From Eubacteriales bacterium (lineage in GTDB: Bacteria; Bacillota; Clostridia; Oscillospirales; JAAYXM01), in the NCBI GenBank assembly GCA_045539475.1, contig JAZQFJ010000045.1, positions 2,024 through 66,023 on the forward strand: a stretch of 64,000 nucleotides of DNA, in the 5' to 3' direction. The translations under genes were made by a program, and so were the position numbers. This document shows, piece by piece, positions 62,202 through 64,000 of the stretch. How positions within the stretch are numbered: the first letter of the stretch is position 1; each line of letters begins with the position of its first letter. The notes below the pieces were generated by a model. It was not told where the DNA came from and did not search any database. It was given only the letters and a program-made list of their open reading frames with translations.

Positions 62202-62244
62202 CTTAATTTCCTCCTTATGAATTATCGAATACATTATACACTAT

Positions 62245-62260
62245 TGGAAAACGTTTTTCA
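62245..62260. promoter_or_regulatory. LacI-family operator candidate 1
   Basis: TGGAAAACGTTTTTCA contains the perfect palindrome AAAACGTTTT. It lies next to the start of the minus-strand operon. Confidence 0.55.
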
Positions 62261-62401
62261 AGTGTTTTGTAAAAAATTTTTAGCTTTTCTATTTTTGCCA
62301 AAAACCTTGATATTCATAGGCTTTGCGGGATTTTTTCATAATTTTTCCAAAAAAATTCTAAAAAATTTTTTTAAAAACACCAAAGAAATCAGCGTTAATT
62401 T

Positions 62402-62417
62402 TGGAAATCGTTTTCCA
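62402..62417. promoter_or_regulatory. LacI-family operator candidate 2
   Basis: TGGAAATCGTTTTCCA, with 7 of 8 half-site symmetry, 10 nt upstream of the lacI-type gene -35. Confidence 0.55.
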
Positions 62418-62427
62418 TTTTTTGCGT

Positions 62428-62456
62428 TTGACACTGTTTTTAATTTGTGTTATGAT
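62428..62456 (+). promoter_or_regulatory. Promoter of the LacI-family regulator gene
   Basis: TTGACA, 17 nt, TATGAT. Confidence 0.6.
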
Positions 62457-62486
62457 ATACCTACAATATTACAAGGCAGGTAAATC

Positions 62487-63524
62487 ATGGAACAAAAGAG
62501 AGTAACCATAAAAGATATTTCAGAAAAATTAGGAGTATCCAACGGCGTAGTAAGCAAAGCTTTGAACAACAAAAGAGGCGTCAAAAAGGACTTAAGGGAA
62601 AAAATCCTCAAAACCGCTGATGAATTGGGTTATCATATCAACAAGGTTGCTCAGAGCATGGCTCGTAACACCATCGTGATCGGCGTTGTAATCCCTTCAA
62701 CCGCGGAAAACTATTTTTCTTTCCTTGAGAAAGGACTTGATATTGAGTTTGAAAGGCTCCGGGACTATAACGTTGAAAAACGTTACTATGTAATAGAAAA
62801 TCTTTATTCCAGCATCGACACCGTAAACGCGCTGAACCAATGCATTGAGGACGAGATTAACGGAATTATCCTTTGTGATTTCTTCCCGGGCGGTCTTGAA
62901 AAAGTATTTTCTAAGCTCGAAGAAAAAAAGATTCCTATTGTTATAATCGGAGATTCACAGTCCACCACAAACAAGTATTTGTGTTCTGTACAGGTAGATG
63001 CTTACGGTTCAGGGCAGATGGCTGCAGAAATGCTTAGCCTTTGCACCAAAAAGGATGCAAATGTTGCTATTTTTGTCGGTAATAAGGATAATATCGAGCA
63101 TAAGCTTAAAATCCAGGGTTTTATCGACAGTCTTAAGGAGTACGGTTTAAACTCCGTCGGAGTTTATGAAACCCACGATGATGATACCATCGCCCTTCAG
63201 CTTATAAAGAAGATACTTGGCAATAACAAAAACCTTCACGGTCTTTATTCTGCCACCTCAAATTTCGCCTCTATCGGAAAGATAATTGAGGAGGAAAAGC
63301 TTGACCTAAAGGTTGTTTGTACAGACATCGACAGTGTTGTTTGTCATTATCTTAAGTCAGGTATTGTACAGTGCACTATTTTCCAGGACCTGGAGAGGCA
63401 GGCACGTACCGCAGTAAGAGTTTTATACGAGCATATTGCCGAGCACAAGAAAATCGAAAAAACCGTGCATATTTCCCCTATCCTTGTGATAAAAAGCAAT
63501 CTGCATACATATTTAAAAAAGTGA
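62487..63524 (+). CDS. LacI-family transcriptional regulator
   Basis: N-terminal HTH VTIKDISEKLGVSNGVVSKALNNKRGV with a periplasmic-binding-protein-like core. Confidence 0.9.
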   Translation: MEQKRVTIKDISEKLGVSNGVVSKALNNKRGVKKDLREKILKTADELGYHINKVAQSMARNTIVIGVVIPSTAENYFSFLEKGLDIEFERLRDYNVEKRYYVIENLYSSIDTVNALNQCIEDEINGIILCDFFPGGLEKVFSKLEEKKIPIVIIGDSQSTTNKYLCSVQVDAYGSGQMAAEMLSLCTKKDANVAIFVGNKDNIEHKLKIQGFIDSLKEYGLNSVGVYETHDDDTIALQLIKKILGNNKNLHGLYSATSNFASIGKIIEEEKLDLKVVCTDIDSVVCHYLKSGIVQCTIFQDLERQARTAVRVLYEHIAEHKKIEKTVHISPILVIKSNLHTYLKK

Positions 63525-63574
63525 TCCCGCAAAACATCAATATAATAAAGCTTTACCATTCCAAATAATACACA

Positions 63575-63611
63575 CACAAAACAGCACTCTTTAGCAGAGT
63601 GCTGTTTTGTG
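63575..63611. terminator. Bidirectional terminator between convergent genes
   Basis: 16-bp stem cacaaaacagcactct / agagtgctgttttgtg. Confidence 0.8.
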
Positions 63612-63655
63612 TATTATCTAAAGGAGAACTGCAAACATTGCAGAAGAAAACGCTT

Positions 63656-64000
63656 TTAGTTGAGTTTTTGTCCGAGGCGATCTCCCTCTTCGCAGTATGC
63701 TCTTGATTCCGTCCAGTAATTGATATTTTCAACCGGCTCCGCATCAAGCTGCCAATACTGAGTCATCATACGCTCACGCACCGGACCGAGGCCGCTGTTA
63801 TGAAGAAGATGTTCGCGAAGCTCATCTACGCCGATTTCTGCCTCAGGGTTGAATGCATCGCTCTTTGCATAGTTTACAAGTGCTTCAAACATTCCGCAAA
63901 CATCCGGAAGCTGAGTTCCGAGACCTGTAAAGTTCAGCCCCGTAACGATGAGCTTCCCCTTGCCTACCTTCAGCTCACAGATATGTGAAAAACAGCGGAG
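63656..64000 (-). CDS. 3' end of a gene whose 5' part lies beyond the window; product unknown
   Basis: I translated upstream of the ORF-track start (63892). The frame stays open to 64000: LRCFSHICELKVGKGKLIVTGLNFTGLGTQLPDVCGMFEALVNY... Confidence 0.6.
   Translation of the reverse strand, partial: LRCFSHICELKVGKGKLIVTGLNFTGLGTQLPDVCGMFEALVNYAKSDAFNPEAEIGVDELREHLLHNSGLGPVRERMMTQYWQLDAEPVENINYWTESRAYCEEGDRLGQKLN

Noticed and set aside
1-64000. Search for CRISPR arrays, rRNA genes, IS elements with terminal inverted repeats, and phage structural modules
   Set aside because: I noticed no regularly spaced short direct repeats, no rRNA-like sequence, no transposase ORF and no capsid, tail or terminase-like translation. 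The only recombination gene is the serine recombinase at 38871-40721.

Overview
This 64-kb chromosomal window comes from an endospore-forming Firmicute of Clostridia type. The indicators are spoIID, a spoVT-type fragment, SLH-anchored surface enzymes and glycyl-radical chemistry. Gene order, left to right:

- **1..6274 (-):** two tandem paralogous secreted proteins. The first (1..4580) is absent from the supplied ORF track because it runs off the window.
- **6564..12429:** an AraC-linked glycyl-radical-enzyme (GRE) cluster of GRE, SDR, beta-lactamase-fold hydrolase and activase.
- **12575..18982:** prmA, a membrane protein and tRNA-Ser(GCU), then two visibly AT-rich, integrase-less two-gene cassettes. 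The cassettes share a 240-nt leader and a 98-aa N-terminus, and copies of the tRNA 3' end bracket them.
- **19087..22966 (-):** NSS and APC transporters flanking tRNA-Arg(CCU), then an RluA-type pseudouridine synthase.
- **22973..25241 (-):** an ArsR / HMA / P1B-ATPase metal module. Its ATPase lacks the nucleotide-binding domain.
- **25321..32912:** three tandem M42 peptidases, spoIID, citrate synthase, a membrane protein, a RadC-like protein and a YaiI-like protein.
- **32940..38762:** an AraC-linked cluster with two TIM-barrel proteins and a Gfo/Idh/MocA oxidoreductase, followed by an unrelated TIGR01440 gene.
- **38878..40783:** a spoVT-type gene cut after codon 34 by an element with a large serine recombinase whose ORF reads across the junction.
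- **41033..63524:** a 21-kb single-strand, LacI-linked polysaccharide locus. It holds a 2816-aa and a 1025-aa surface protein built from repeated modules, with a heparinase II/III-like lyase core.

No CRISPR array, rRNA or obvious phage structural genes were seen. Function calls rest on motifs read from the translations. No database search was possible.
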